64,000 nucleotides of DNA from Bacteroidota bacterium (lineage in GTDB: Bacteria; Bacteroidota; Bacteroidia; NS11-12g; UBA955). The stretch spans positions 7,435 to 71,434 of the forward strand of contig JAZKEQ010000009.1 of assembly GCA_040386935.1 (NCBI GenBank). Direction: 5' to 3'. Positions 19,294-28,927 of this stretch are shown here, in pieces (within the stretch, counting starts at the first letter, position 1; every line of letters starts with the position of its first letter). The notes under the pieces are model-generated. The model did no database searches. It was given only the letters and a program-made list of their open reading frames with translations, and was not told where the DNA came from. The translations under genes were made by a program, and so were the position numbers.

Positions 19294-20265
19294 TTAAACC
19301 AATGAATCTGATAAATAAGCACGGCCGATATACCAAAGATTAATCGCTACAAAAAAGATGAGCAATAAACGACCACTCTTTTGATTTCTGCTGACAGCTT
19401 CATTGACCAATCCTTGTTTGCAAAGTTTATAAGTGTATACAGAACTTGCCATTGCCATAAATATATAAAACAATGTAAAGCCGTGTAGGCTATCAACAAG
19501 TGTAAATGAGTTTGATTCAGGTAAAGCGGAGTCGATGATGTACTTGTTGCCTATCACAGCAAATAGTGACCCTACACTAAGGGCTAGTCTTGCATCCATG
19601 TTATCTGCAGGAATGTAAAAACAGGCACATGATATGAAAAATGCGATATACATGCCAAGAAATAGTTTGAAAAATAATTCCCATGAGTCGCGATGTACTG
19701 AAATAACTACCCTGTATACACTATAAGCAGATTGTGGTTGGCTCAATTCGGGATCACCAAAACCTGTTTCGTATTGCTTGATGGATGATTCAATATTGAA
19801 ACTATCCTTCTCCCATTCTGTTAAAAAATATTTGCCATAGTGATTACCCAATGTATCTGTTGCAAATATCAGTTCATTGGCGTCAAACATTGAATTCTCA
19901 ATGGTGAAGCGCAGTTTCTGACGGTCGAAGGGAAAGTGTTTGATTTTCCAAGTACCCTTCATCAGGCACTCAAGTTTCATCAACATGTAAATACTGCCAT
20001 CGTCAAGGGTATCTATGGTCGCATACGATTTTTCGAATTTCTTAGCCATCGGTACTTCCAGATTTTTCATGAAATCAAATTCGGGTCGTTTGTATTTCAA
20101 CCACAACCATAAATTGATGGAGTATTCCTTTAGTCTGAAATCAATGTCGTGAATACTGGTAACATATACCCCAACTGTAACGGTATCGGGCGCATCGGCT
20201 GCTGCCCTTGCTGCAGGACAGCAATAGCCAATCCAGCAGGCGATCAAAAACAGTGCTTTTTTCAT
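19294..20265 (-). CDS. Prokaryotic pentameric ligand-gated ion channel (GLIC/ELIC-type) homolog
   Basis: Signal peptide, beta-rich ectodomain with INLWLWLKY and the loop signature HFPFDRQKLRFTIE, a pre-M1 RVVISVHR motif, then four hydrophobic helices. 323 aa. Confidence 0.7.
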   Translation of the reverse strand: MKKALFLIACWIGYCCPAARAAADAPDTVTVGVYVTSIHDIDFRLKEYSINLWLWLKYKRPEFDFMKNLEVPMAKKFEKSYATIDTLDDGSIYMLMKLECLMKGTWKIKHFPFDRQKLRFTIENSMFDANELIFATDTLGNHYGKYFLTEWEKDSFNIESSIKQYETGFGDPELSQPQSAYSVYRVVISVHRDSWELFFKLFLGMYIAFFISCACFYIPADNMDARLALSVGSLFAVIGNKYIIDSALPESNSFTLVDSLHGFTLFYIFMAMASSVYTYKLCKQGLVNEAVSRNQKSGRLLLIFFVAINLWYIGRAYLSDSLV

Positions 20266-20297
20266 GTTAAACTTTTGGTAAAGTTAACCTTATTTTT

Positions 20298-20305
20298 TAA
20301 ATTTG
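20298..20305 (+). promoter_or_regulatory. Candidate -7 box (TAnnTTTG) for ORF 20350
   Basis: TAAATTTG, 44 nt upstream of the ATG. Confidence 0.3.
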
Positions 20306-20349
20306 TTAAAGTCTGTTAGTCATTATTGGTCTGATATTCAAAGAAAAAC

Positions 20350-20967
20350 ATGTCAATAATTAGGGTAGCAATAATATTAAGTTTGTCACTATTTATAAAT
20401 AGCAGTGCATTTGCTCAATTAATCTATAATAATACATTTATAGTTGACTCAAACACCAGTGTTTCAATTGTCAATGGCAAATACAAAATAGATAAGGACA
20501 TCATTGAGGGGAGTAAAAATTTACCTCGGATGCTGAATGAATTAGATACTAATTTTCTCGAAAAAAAATGGAAAGTAGAAGATATTCCTACTTTTATAAT
20601 ATCTTTTATGGATAGTTTGACAGGGCCATTTGTGCTGGCTAATACAGGGGAGCCCTACACAAAAGGTTGTATTGTTGAAACAGGATATAAAAATGATAGC
20701 AATGGAAAATCAGTGAAATATAATTTACCTAGTAGGCAATTAGCATTTCTTGGAATAGGGAATGATATGGCCATAATTACCTACTGCCAGGGAGGAATTG
20801 CCAGTTCCGAATATATCTTAATATTTAAGTTCAAGGGTAATACAATAACCGATTTTTGGGCAACAAATATTAATTCAGATGATATTAAAACTCAAGCCCA
20901 AATAATGAGATTATTGAAATCAAAAATTAGTGATGAAAGCTTGTTAAAACTGAATTTTTGCTATTAA
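20350..20967 (+). CDS. Secreted hypothetical protein
   Basis: Signal peptide ending SSAFAQ. 205 aa. No recognisable motif. Visibly more AT-rich than its neighbours. Confidence 0.4.
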   Translation: MSIIRVAIILSLSLFINSSAFAQLIYNNTFIVDSNTSVSIVNGKYKIDKDIIEGSKNLPRMLNELDTNFLEKKWKVEDIPTFIISFMDSLTGPFVLANTGEPYTKGCIVETGYKNDSNGKSVKYNLPSRQLAFLGIGNDMAIITYCQGGIASSEYILIFKFKGNTITDFWATNINSDDIKTQAQIMRLLKSKISDESLLKLNFCY

Positions 20968-21136
20968 ATGTTTTAACTCACTTTTAAAACCAAAATGAAA
21001 TTTAATTATCATTTATTAAGAGAGAGATGAAAGCAGATATTTCAAGAGATCAACATCTCATCTGTTGGAAAAATGTCAAGTAAGAAGCGTATTAATCATG
21101 GCAACCATTTAATCACTTCAATTCATAGTACAGACA

Positions 21137-21781
21137 TCACAGTATCCCATCACTCCACACTTGTGGGTCTTTGCTCCACAGTGCAATCTTGTCGGCTTGT
21201 TCTGCATTGATGTAGTTACTTTCGGTAGCAACTTTTGCCAATTCATTGAAATTGCTGAGTGAAATATATGGGCAGGCAGTTGCTTTAAATTTGTCGTCAC
21301 TGGCTGCAAATCCATAATTGAAAATAGAAACCAAGCCTATAACTTCTATGCCGGCTTCACGTAGATCTTCAACAGCTTTCAAACTGCTTTTGCCCGTACT
21401 GATAAGGTCTTCAACCACTACTACTTTAGCACCGGTCTCTAAGCGACCTTCAATGCTGTTCTTTAAGCCGTGCTTTTTAGGTTCAGGACGGACATAAGCA
21501 AATGGCAATTCCATGTCGGCAGCTATTAATGCACCTTGAGCAATACCGGCTGTAGCGACACCTGCTATGGCTTGTACGCCTGCGAAATTGGTTTTAATGG
21601 CTTCTACCAGTGCTTTGGTGATAAATGATCGGATGTGAGGATAAGAGAGTGTTACCCTGTTGTCGCAATACACGGGCGAGCGCATGCCGCTGGTCCAGGT
21701 AAAGGGATTATCGATATTTAATTTAACAGCCTCGCATTCTAAGAGGTATTGCGCTATTTTTGCACTTGTATTGTCTGACAT
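21137..21781 (-). CDS. pyrE: Orotate phosphoribosyltransferase
   Basis: PRPP-binding loop VVVVEDLISTGKSSL. 214 aa. Confidence 0.85.
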   Translation of the reverse strand: MSDNTSAKIAQYLLECEAVKLNIDNPFTWTSGMRSPVYCDNRVTLSYPHIRSFITKALVEAIKTNFAGVQAIAGVATAGIAQGALIAADMELPFAYVRPEPKKHGLKNSIEGRLETGAKVVVVEDLISTGKSSLKAVEDLREAGIEVIGLVSIFNYGFAASDDKFKATACPYISLSNFNELAKVATESNYINAEQADKIALWSKDPQVWSDGIL

Positions 21782-21792
21782 AATTAATAGGG

Positions 21793-22428
21793 ATGCAAAA
21801 TTATAGAATATTTATTAACCACTCTACTATATTTATAGGAGATCAAAAATTTGTTGCTGAACAAGCCCCATCTGCCCACCACCAATCAACTGAAAATATG
21901 GCAGCGGTAGTCAATGAGTTGCTGAATAACAGCGATAATAAAGGGCGCAGTATAGCTTTTGTTACAGATCATGGGATGGATGTGTTCAAAGTGTTACGCA
22001 AAAATTTTAAAGTCATTAAAGCTGCCGGGGGTATTGTGTTCAACAGCCAGGGGCAATTATTGCTCATCAAACGTTTGGGTATGTGGGATCTGCCAAAAGG
22101 AAAAATTGAAAAAGGCGAAGACCAGCGATTGGCCGCCCTGCGCGAAGTACATGAGGAATGCGGTCTTAATTTTTTAGGCATCTTAAAGAAAGTGGAGGAT
22201 ACCTACCATGTGTATTTCTTGAAAGGACGCTGGATTCTGAAAAAAACAGCTTGGTATAAAATGGTGGCTTGGGGTAATGACGAAGATGTAACCCCGCAGT
22301 TGGAGGAAGATATTACAGAAGTGCGCTGGGTGGATAAGGCCTTTTTAAAACAGCCCGACTTCGAAACTTATGATTCACTTAAAAGTCTGATCGCAAAAAT
22401 CGAATTCCCTAAGCCTACTAAAAAGTAA
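21793..22428 (+). CDS. NUDIX hydrolase with an N-terminal extension
   Basis: Nudix box GKIEKGEDQRLAALREVHEECG. 211 aa. Confidence 0.8.
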   Translation: MQNYRIFINHSTIFIGDQKFVAEQAPSAHHQSTENMAAVVNELLNNSDNKGRSIAFVTDHGMDVFKVLRKNFKVIKAAGGIVFNSQGQLLLIKRLGMWDLPKGKIEKGEDQRLAALREVHEECGLNFLGILKKVEDTYHVYFLKGRWILKKTAWYKMVAWGNDEDVTPQLEEDITEVRWVDKAFLKQPDFETYDSLKSLIAKIEFPKPTKK

Positions 22429-22876
22429 TGCCTTCGGGTACAAATTTGCTGTAGTTCCCTTTATTGATAATGATGTCGCGTACAATGGTGCTGCTGATAT
22501 TGGTATAATAAGGGCTTGATAATAAAAATACTGTTTCTATTCCCTCTACCAATTCTTTATTGGCGTAAGCAATTTGCTGCTCGTACTCAAAATCTCCGGG
22601 TGATCGCAGACCTCTTAAAATAAATCCAGCGCCAATAGATTGTCCAAAATTAACTGTCAGTCCTGTATAGGCTTCAACAGTTACCCTTGGTTGGTTTTTA
22701 AATACCTGTTGTATCCACTCAATGCGTTTTTCAATCGGAAACAGATTCGTTTTTTTGGCATTAGAACCTATGGCAATAATGATCTTGTCGAACATCAGCA
22801 ATCCCTTCTCGACAATGTCTACATGTCCTTTGGTAATAGGATCGAATGAGCCGGGGAACAGTGCGATTTTTTCCAT
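22418..22876 (-). CDS. coaD: Pantetheine-phosphate adenylyltransferase
   Basis: FPGSFDPITKGHVDI (T/HxGH motif) and ISSTIVR. 152 aa. Confidence 0.9.
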   Translation of the reverse strand: MEKIALFPGSFDPITKGHVDIVEKGLLMFDKIIIAIGSNAKKTNLFPIEKRIEWIQQVFKNQPRVTVEAYTGLTVNFGQSIGAGFILRGLRSPGDFEYEQQIAYANKELVEGIETVFLLSSPYYTNISSTIVRDIIINKGNYSKFVPEGITF

Positions 22877-22947
22877 AGTAGTAATACGGTTTAGAATACA
22901 AAACTAGTGGTTTTGAGATAATACAGCCTTATGATGGGCTGTTTATT

Positions 22948-23484
22948 TTATTGGGCCTCAAAAATACTGAAGGTGGTACTCCCGTATTGTTTTTTTTGTT
23001 TCAGCAGGGGAGAATGAAGAATGATGTTATCGGTATGTTCCAATATGAAGATGCCTTTGCGTTGAGTAAAGTCGGGGTGACTAGTTACGGCATCAGATAG
23101 GCCGTGTATCTGATTGTAATTGTATGGAGGGTCAGCAAAAATAATATCAGCAGTCGCTTCAGTTTTCTGAATGTATTTTAAAGCATCACTTTTGAAAATG
23201 GTCCAGTTATCAATATTTAATTCAGCTTTTACAGCCTTCATATAGGTGATATTAGCGGCATTGGCATCTATGCTGATGAGTGAGGCAGCCCCCCGCGACA
23301 AGCATTCAAGTCCTATATTACCTGTTCCGGCAAATAAATCAATAATAGTTTTACCTTCAAAATCAAGTGTATTCTCTATCGCACTAAATAAACCTTCCTT
23401 TGCCAGATCGGTTGTCGGTCTGGTATTGGAACCGTTATAGGTTTTAAATTGATAGCCTTTGAATTTGCCTGAAATTATACGCAT
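22948..23484 (-). CDS. rsmD: 16S rRNA (guanine966-N2)-methyltransferase
   Basis: MRIISGKFKG start, TRPTTDLAKEGLF, DLFAGTGNIGLE and FADPPY motifs. The ATG at 23484 is preferred. Confidence 0.8.
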   Translation of the reverse strand: MRIISGKFKGYQFKTYNGSNTRPTTDLAKEGLFSAIENTLDFEGKTIIDLFAGTGNIGLECLSRGAASLISIDANAANITYMKAVKAELNIDNWTIFKSDALKYIQKTEATADIIFADPPYNYNQIHGLSDAVTSHPDFTQRKGIFILEHTDNIILHSPLLKQKKQYGSTTFSIFEAQ

Positions 23485-24203
23485 AATGCAGCAGCGTAAC
23501 ACCCAAATAATTTCTCTCCTAGCATTGGTACAACAGGGTGATGGATAATACCTGGTGCTGATAATAAATTGAAGAAGGCAAAATGAGGTTTGATGAAATC
23601 AACCAATACCTGATCTTCAGCAATGGAATAATCAATATTCAATGTTGTTTCAGATGGCAGTAGGTCGCTTATCTGAATTGTATTCAACAGAAAATACAAT
23701 ATCTCGTGGTTGTTGTCACATTTAAATGTATTGGCCAAATAACAAGTGGCGCCATCCATTAGTAAAATATGATAGTGGGTGCTGTTTTTGAATAAATAGA
23801 TTTGCTTTGCTTTCTTGTCTATCAGATGATAGTCTATCAATGCTGAAACTAAATGGAGCGTATTGGGTAGAGCATTCGTTCTGTTAACACTTACCTGTCC
23901 GCTTAATTTTGAATCTGTGAATGTTTCTGAATTGAAAAGTGCAGGTGTTACTTCATATTCGGTATGGGTAACCACTTCAGTTATTTTGTTAAAATTTTCT
24001 TTAAACCAAGGCTCTACTTCTGTAATATTTGTTACAGGTAAAGCAATTTTGTACGACATCATCCTCTTGTCTTTCGATGAAAACGCAGCGAGTGCAATGC
24101 AGGAAGGATAGTGAATATGCACCAAATCGCAAAGCGATGGAATCATCTCGTGAGCAGGAGAGTCTTCTGCTAGAAGGTGTTGTTTGTTCGTATGCTCGTG
24201 CAT
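23475..24203 (-). CDS. Conserved hypothetical protein, DUF3822-like
   Basis: 242 aa. Sits immediately upstream of, and overlapping, rsmD-coaD. I remember a DUF3822 gene in that position in many Bacteroidota. No catalytic motif recognised. Confidence 0.35.
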   Translation of the reverse strand: MHEHTNKQHLLAEDSPAHEMIPSLCDLVHIHYPSCIALAAFSSKDKRMMSYKIALPVTNITEVEPWFKENFNKITEVVTHTEYEVTPALFNSETFTDSKLSGQVSVNRTNALPNTLHLVSALIDYHLIDKKAKQIYLFKNSTHYHILLMDGATCYLANTFKCDNNHEILYFLLNTIQISDLLPSETTLNIDYSIAEDQVLVDFIKPHFAFFNLLSAPGIIHHPVVPMLGEKLFGCYAAALCV

Positions 24204-24254
24204 TTTATGGTCTCTGTATTTAGAAAATAGAGTGTTGCAATAATAGGTAAAAAT

Positions 24255-24292
24255 AAAAAAAAGCCCATAAACAAAGAGGTGCTTATGGGCTT
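24255..24292 (-). terminator. Rho-independent terminator after the T9SS type A cargo gene
   Basis: Arms AAGCCCATAA (24261-24270) and TTATGGGCTT (24283-24292). On the minus strand the hairpin is followed by a U-run (plus-strand A-run 24255-24260). Confidence 0.7.
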
Positions 24293-24312
24293 GATATTAT
24301 AAAAAGACTTTT

Positions 24313-26847
24313 TTAAAGTTTCATCATCATGCTAACCTTTCGGCCGTCAGCATTGGCAATTACAAAATGGTAAATGCCTTTTGTCCACTGTTCGGTATCA
24401 ATAATTTGATTGGCTGAAACGCTGTTGCTTTGAAGTATTATCTTGCCGATATTGTCAAATACAGTAATGGTATAATCAGTCATATCAGTTTCAATTGAAA
24501 CTTGATTGCCAAATGGATTTGGGTAAATTGCCAGTGAATTGTTGAACATCGTTTTTACAGATGAGAAATCAGGGAAGTTCACTGTTTGTTCCATACTGTC
24601 TTCACAACCCGGGAAGTTTTTTGTAATCAGTTTTATTTGTGCTGTTTTGCCACTGTAAGCCGACATGTCAGAAATGAAATTTTGGGAATTGGCTTTTAAG
24701 GTGTCATTAATGAACCAGGTGTAGCTAACATTAGATGAATCGTTTGGTTTAAAGGTGTACACTTTCCATACTCTTGAATAGCTAAATAGTGCATTAGCAG
24801 CTTGTGAACGTGTGAAATTAACCAGTCCTATAGTTTTTGTACAAGCGTTATTATGGATATCCACTTTCATTTTATCACCAGTTACAAGTCCTGTGTACTG
24901 GAACTGATTGTTAGGGCCTGAATATTTCAAAGCATTGTTTAAGTAGAAGTCGTATTGCTTGTAAAGCGGGTTAATGGCGTATAAGTATTTATCGGTACAC
25001 GATGACAAATTGAAATTGTAAATACCTTGATCCTGAGGGAAAGTATCGACAATATATGCAAGTTTCTCATTTATGGCAGGGCAGGTTAAACTTAAACTGT
25101 CTACAATACGAATGCTCAACGAATCACTTTTTAAAGGCTGGAAAGTAAAGCTGGTGTCGGAACCAAAAAGTCCGTTATCAAATGAAATACTAGTGTTAGA
25201 TTTCCGAAGTCCTACAACATTGGCCGTAATAGTTTGACCCAAACATATATTGCTGTTTAGCATAAGGGTATAAGAAATATTTGAACAGTTGTTGGTTTTT
25301 ACACTGATAACAGAATCAGAAAAACCACAAACGTTTTTCTGAAAACTTCTTACTCTGATGTTATAAAAAGTAGTCGGGTTCAATCCTGATAAATCAAGTG
25401 CAGTATCATTCAGCGCTCTGAAAAAATTGATGTTATTAATACTGTATTGAACAGAATCAATACCTGCTGTTTTTGACCAACCTAAATGGATGTTGCTTGT
25501 ACCCTTAGAAATACTGAAATTAGTTGGAAATATTTTATTTGTAACAACTCTTGTAATCGTATTGGAAGGTAAGCTGAAACAGTTGGTTAAACTTTTTGCA
25601 ATACCGTAAATACTGACATCACTTAATCCTGTATATTGAAATGATGGTGATTTTGTCCGCTCATACAATTTATTATTGACATACCAGTGTACGCTATCTG
25701 CAGAAGTTAAATTAGCAGTTATGGTTTCAGAAATTTTTCCGCAAACAGTATCTGTGGCAATATTTGTAATAGTCAATGAGGGTTTTGGGTACCACAGCAA
25801 TTTAAAGTTGCCACTCTTGGCAGTACATTGAGTTGTGGTAAGGGTTGTTGTAACAAAATAATTGCCCGTATCTTTTACATAAATTGTTCGCAGTATTTTA
25901 TTGGTTGGGGTCCATTTGTATTGCAAATTGGAGCCTGTGTTGGCGCTTAATAACAAGGAATCACCTTTGCATATTGTGCCTGCACTGCCATTGACGATTG
26001 ATGCCGATGGCGATAATTTAACATTTACTTTTAATGTATCTGATGCACCGGGGCCGTATTGATTTTTAACTGTAAGAATGGCGAGTTGGGTGCCGGGTGC
26101 GGTAAATTTAACTGTTGGATTTTGCAGAGTACTCGTAAGTGGTGAAGCATTTGTAAATTTCCAGGTATATCCCGTTGGTGAATTGGTGCCTGAGCCATTC
26201 ATCTGTATGGTGTAGTTGTTACATGTAACACTATCAGCACTGTATACATTTGCTTTGGATAATAATGGAGACATACCATATTCAAATGTTTTGCCGTATA
26301 CAACATCACCACCATCACTGCCGTCTTTATTTGAAGCCATCAGCACAACATAAAATTTAACTTTGCCGACATTAGTATTTGGAGCTTTCCATTTGAATGT
26401 CCATTTGGTACTGTCTAATCTCACTGTATCCAATCCTGAAGTTGTATGTTCAATATATTCGCGGGTTTTTGATGAAATAGTGCCTGTTTTTTTCTGGACC
26501 CTCGATGTACTTGCTGTAAATGTACCTGCAGGGTCGTTTGTAGAAGATGTGAGACAAGTAATTTCAAATCCATAGCGTTTGATGCCGCTTTGTTTAAAGC
26601 TAAGCGATATTTCATATAAGCTGTCGGGAACATAACCCCCGCCCGGGAAACCTGTTTCTAAAATAATTTTGTTGAGATTCGAATTGCCGGATGTAATAAG
26701 GGAGCCTGAATGGCAGCTGGTGCAATTGCCTTCGCTGGGTGCATTGGTTAACGAGGGATCAGGACCACTGCTGTACATCACAGCGCTGGTTAAAGTAAGA
26801 AGGAACACTAAAACAATAAAAAAGTTGCGTATGTAAAGTTTATTCAT
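24313..26847 (-). CDS. Large secreted protein with a T9SS type A C-terminal sorting domain, Ig/FN3-like repeats and an N-terminal CxxCH motif
   Basis: Signal peptide. CTSCH at residues 42-46. FN3-like segment ...LNPTTFYNIRVRSF. C-terminus LAIYPNPFGNQVSIE...YTITVFDNIGKII...KGIYHFVI matches the Por-secretion CTD pattern. Confidence 0.75.
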   Translation of the reverse strand: MNKLYIRNFFIVLVFLLTLTSAVMYSSGPDPSLTNAPSEGNCTSCHSGSLITSGNSNLNKIILETGFPGGGYVPDSLYEISLSFKQSGIKRYGFEITCLTSSTNDPAGTFTASTSRVQKKTGTISSKTREYIEHTTSGLDTVRLDSTKWTFKWKAPNTNVGKVKFYVVLMASNKDGSDGGDVVYGKTFEYGMSPLLSKANVYSADSVTCNNYTIQMNGSGTNSPTGYTWKFTNASPLTSTLQNPTVKFTAPGTQLAILTVKNQYGPGASDTLKVNVKLSPSASIVNGSAGTICKGDSLLLSANTGSNLQYKWTPTNKILRTIYVKDTGNYFVTTTLTTTQCTAKSGNFKLLWYPKPSLTITNIATDTVCGKISETITANLTSADSVHWYVNNKLYERTKSPSFQYTGLSDVSIYGIAKSLTNCFSLPSNTITRVVTNKIFPTNFSISKGTSNIHLGWSKTAGIDSVQYSINNINFFRALNDTALDLSGLNPTTFYNIRVRSFQKNVCGFSDSVISVKTNNCSNISYTLMLNSNICLGQTITANVVGLRKSNTSISFDNGLFGSDTSFTFQPLKSDSLSIRIVDSLSLTCPAINEKLAYIVDTFPQDQGIYNFNLSSCTDKYLYAINPLYKQYDFYLNNALKYSGPNNQFQYTGLVTGDKMKVDIHNNACTKTIGLVNFTRSQAANALFSYSRVWKVYTFKPNDSSNVSYTWFINDTLKANSQNFISDMSAYSGKTAQIKLITKNFPGCEDSMEQTVNFPDFSSVKTMFNNSLAIYPNPFGNQVSIETDMTDYTITVFDNIGKIILQSNSVSANQIIDTEQWTKGIYHFVIANADGRKVSMMMKL

Positions 26848-26950
26848 ATCTGCAAATATCCTACTATTAAAGGGATTAAGCCCTGTTTGTCATATTAATT
26901 TGACATAAAAATGATAGAGAAAAATAGAAATTTTTAGATAAGGTTAATAA

Positions 26951-27517
26951 TCAGGAAAGTCGCTTGGAAATAATTTCCTCAACTTTGTGAAATAATTGAA
27001 CAGGTGTATGCTTGCGCCATGTAATATGATCTAATTCGCCACCAAAATTGATGTAGTAATCGGCTTTTGAATATTTCAATTCTTCCAAAACATGTTCACG
27101 GAAATTAACATATGCAATCCATCCTTCTTCCACTTCACCATACCATTCTTCATAGTATGAATCATCACTACCATGAAAATTGAGGATGTTCTCTCCAATC
27201 AGAATAAATTTATTGATGCCCTCATCAGTCAGTAATTCAATGACCTCTCTTTTAAGTAACATAATGTCGTTGTTAATCGCATCGTTCCATTCCCCAATCA
27301 GTTCAATAATGCTATAACCTTTGTCGTAATCAACAAATAAAATTTTAATGTATAGTGTTGTGGAGCCAAATTCATCCCATTGTGGATGTATCACATAGTT
27401 ATAGATGGTATGTGTGTACTCAAACTCGCTGTGTTCTTTCTGGTAAAAGGGTGATAGGGCATCCTCTTCAGAATTATATAAATGTAGCCAGTTGTAATAT
27501 GGTTCAATGTCCTGCAT
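26951..27517 (-). CDS. Hypothetical cytoplasmic protein
   Basis: 188 aa acidic, aromatic-rich ORF with no signal peptide. ATG start. Confidence 0.4.
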   Translation of the reverse strand: MQDIEPYYNWLHLYNSEEDALSPFYQKEHSEFEYTHTIYNYVIHPQWDEFGSTTLYIKILFVDYDKGYSIIELIGEWNDAINNDIMLLKREVIELLTDEGINKFILIGENILNFHGSDDSYYEEWYGEVEEGWIAYVNFREHVLEELKYSKADYYINFGGELDHITWRKHTPVQLFHKVEEIISKRLS

Positions 27518-27573
27518 CCTTTACAGGGTACAAAATTAAACATAATATCTGTTTTTTGCGTTAATTTGTGGTA

Positions 27574-28854
27574 ATGAAAAAAATATTGGGAGTATTGCTG
27601 TTGTTGTCATTTAAGGCCTATGCGCAAAATGATACACTTGTTCTGCAATACCCCATGTCTAACGAACCGAGTTTGGCTGTAAACCCATGGAACAATGCCA
27701 TGGTATTGTTGGCATTCAATACATCTACGCTTCTAAAAAGCACTGATACAGGCAAAACATTTACACCCATAGAGGTTAAATCGCGTTATGGATTTTACGG
27801 TGACCCCGTATTAGGCTGGCTTGACAGTGTTACATATGGTCTGGCTCATCTTGCTAAAAATAAAAAATACGCATGGCCCAAGAGTTTTGATCGGATAGTA
27901 TTTCAAGCAGGAAACTTTCATAATAATAAACTCACACACAGTGTTGGGATTGGTCATGTTTCCGGTAAAATGCAAGATAAACCTTGGTTCTATTGTGAAC
28001 CTAATGCTACAGGAACAGGAACTTCAAGAATCCATATTACATGGACACAATTTGATAAGTATGACAGCCGCAACAAAAAAGACTCTACGCGAATTCGCTA
28101 TTCGAGTTCTACAGACAATGGCAATCATTTCATAAAGGCTAAAACCATTAGCAGGCAAAGTGGTTCGTGTATTGATGGCGACTCTGCCATGGAGGGTGTT
28201 ACTGCCACTATGGGAAGTGATGGTAAATTATATGCGACATGGAGCGGATTGAACAAATTGTGGTTTGCATCGAGCAGTGATGGGGGACAAAATTGGCAAG
28301 CCGTATCAAAAATAGGAGAACACGAAAATGGGTGGTCTATTAATGTAGAAGGCGCTTATAGAGCCAATGGAATGCCATTTATAGCAACCTGGAAAAACTA
28401 TGTTGTAGTCGTATGGGCGGCTACCAACGACAGTCAGTCGCTTGTCTGTTATAAAACATATAATACAACAGAAAAGATGTGGGGCAGTGTTCATTCAATA
28501 GCCAGCGATTGGCAAAATAATTTTATGCCGGCTATCACTGTATCTGAAAAAGGGATACTGATTGTCTATTATTCGTCTAAAGACAAATATGAGCCAAAAG
28601 ACAACAAAGAGGGCATCTATCTTTTTCAATTAAAGTATGCTTTATTGAGCGAACAACAGTTGTCGGGGAAAGTAGATGCAGAAGGTGTAACAATTGAGGG
28701 CACAGGATTTTCGACCACACGCAGCCCATTCATTGGAGATTATATTGCAGTTCAGGTATTAAACAACGTACAATCACCTCAGGCTTTAGTTGCATATTGT
28801 AGAATATATGGCAACAGAACAACCGGAGTATGTGTCGCAAGATTTGGATTTTAA
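27574..28854 (+). CDS. BNR/Asp-box repeat (sialidase-like beta-propeller) protein
   Basis: Signal peptide. Asp-box repeats STDTGKTF, SSSTDNGNHF, SSSDGGQNW. ATG at 27574 is preferred over the GTG at 27568. Confidence 0.65.
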   Translation: MKKILGVLLLLSFKAYAQNDTLVLQYPMSNEPSLAVNPWNNAMVLLAFNTSTLLKSTDTGKTFTPIEVKSRYGFYGDPVLGWLDSVTYGLAHLAKNKKYAWPKSFDRIVFQAGNFHNNKLTHSVGIGHVSGKMQDKPWFYCEPNATGTGTSRIHITWTQFDKYDSRNKKDSTRIRYSSSTDNGNHFIKAKTISRQSGSCIDGDSAMEGVTATMGSDGKLYATWSGLNKLWFASSSDGGQNWQAVSKIGEHENGWSINVEGAYRANGMPFIATWKNYVVVVWAATNDSQSLVCYKTYNTTEKMWGSVHSIASDWQNNFMPAITVSEKGILIVYYSSKDKYEPKDNKEGIYLFQLKYALLSEQQLSGKVDAEGVTIEGTGFSTTRSPFIGDYIAVQVLNNVQSPQALVAYCRIYGNRTTGVCVARFGF

Positions 28855-28927
28855 AAAAAAATATACCGGGTAATTTGTCTTTTACCCATTAAAAGTATTA
28901 TTTTGCACCTCTTTTTTAAAAAAGTAT

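Noticed and set aside
20350-20967. AT-rich secreted ORF as a horizontally acquired island
   Set aside because: It is a single gene with no flanking repeats or mobility genes. The compositional difference was judged only by eye.
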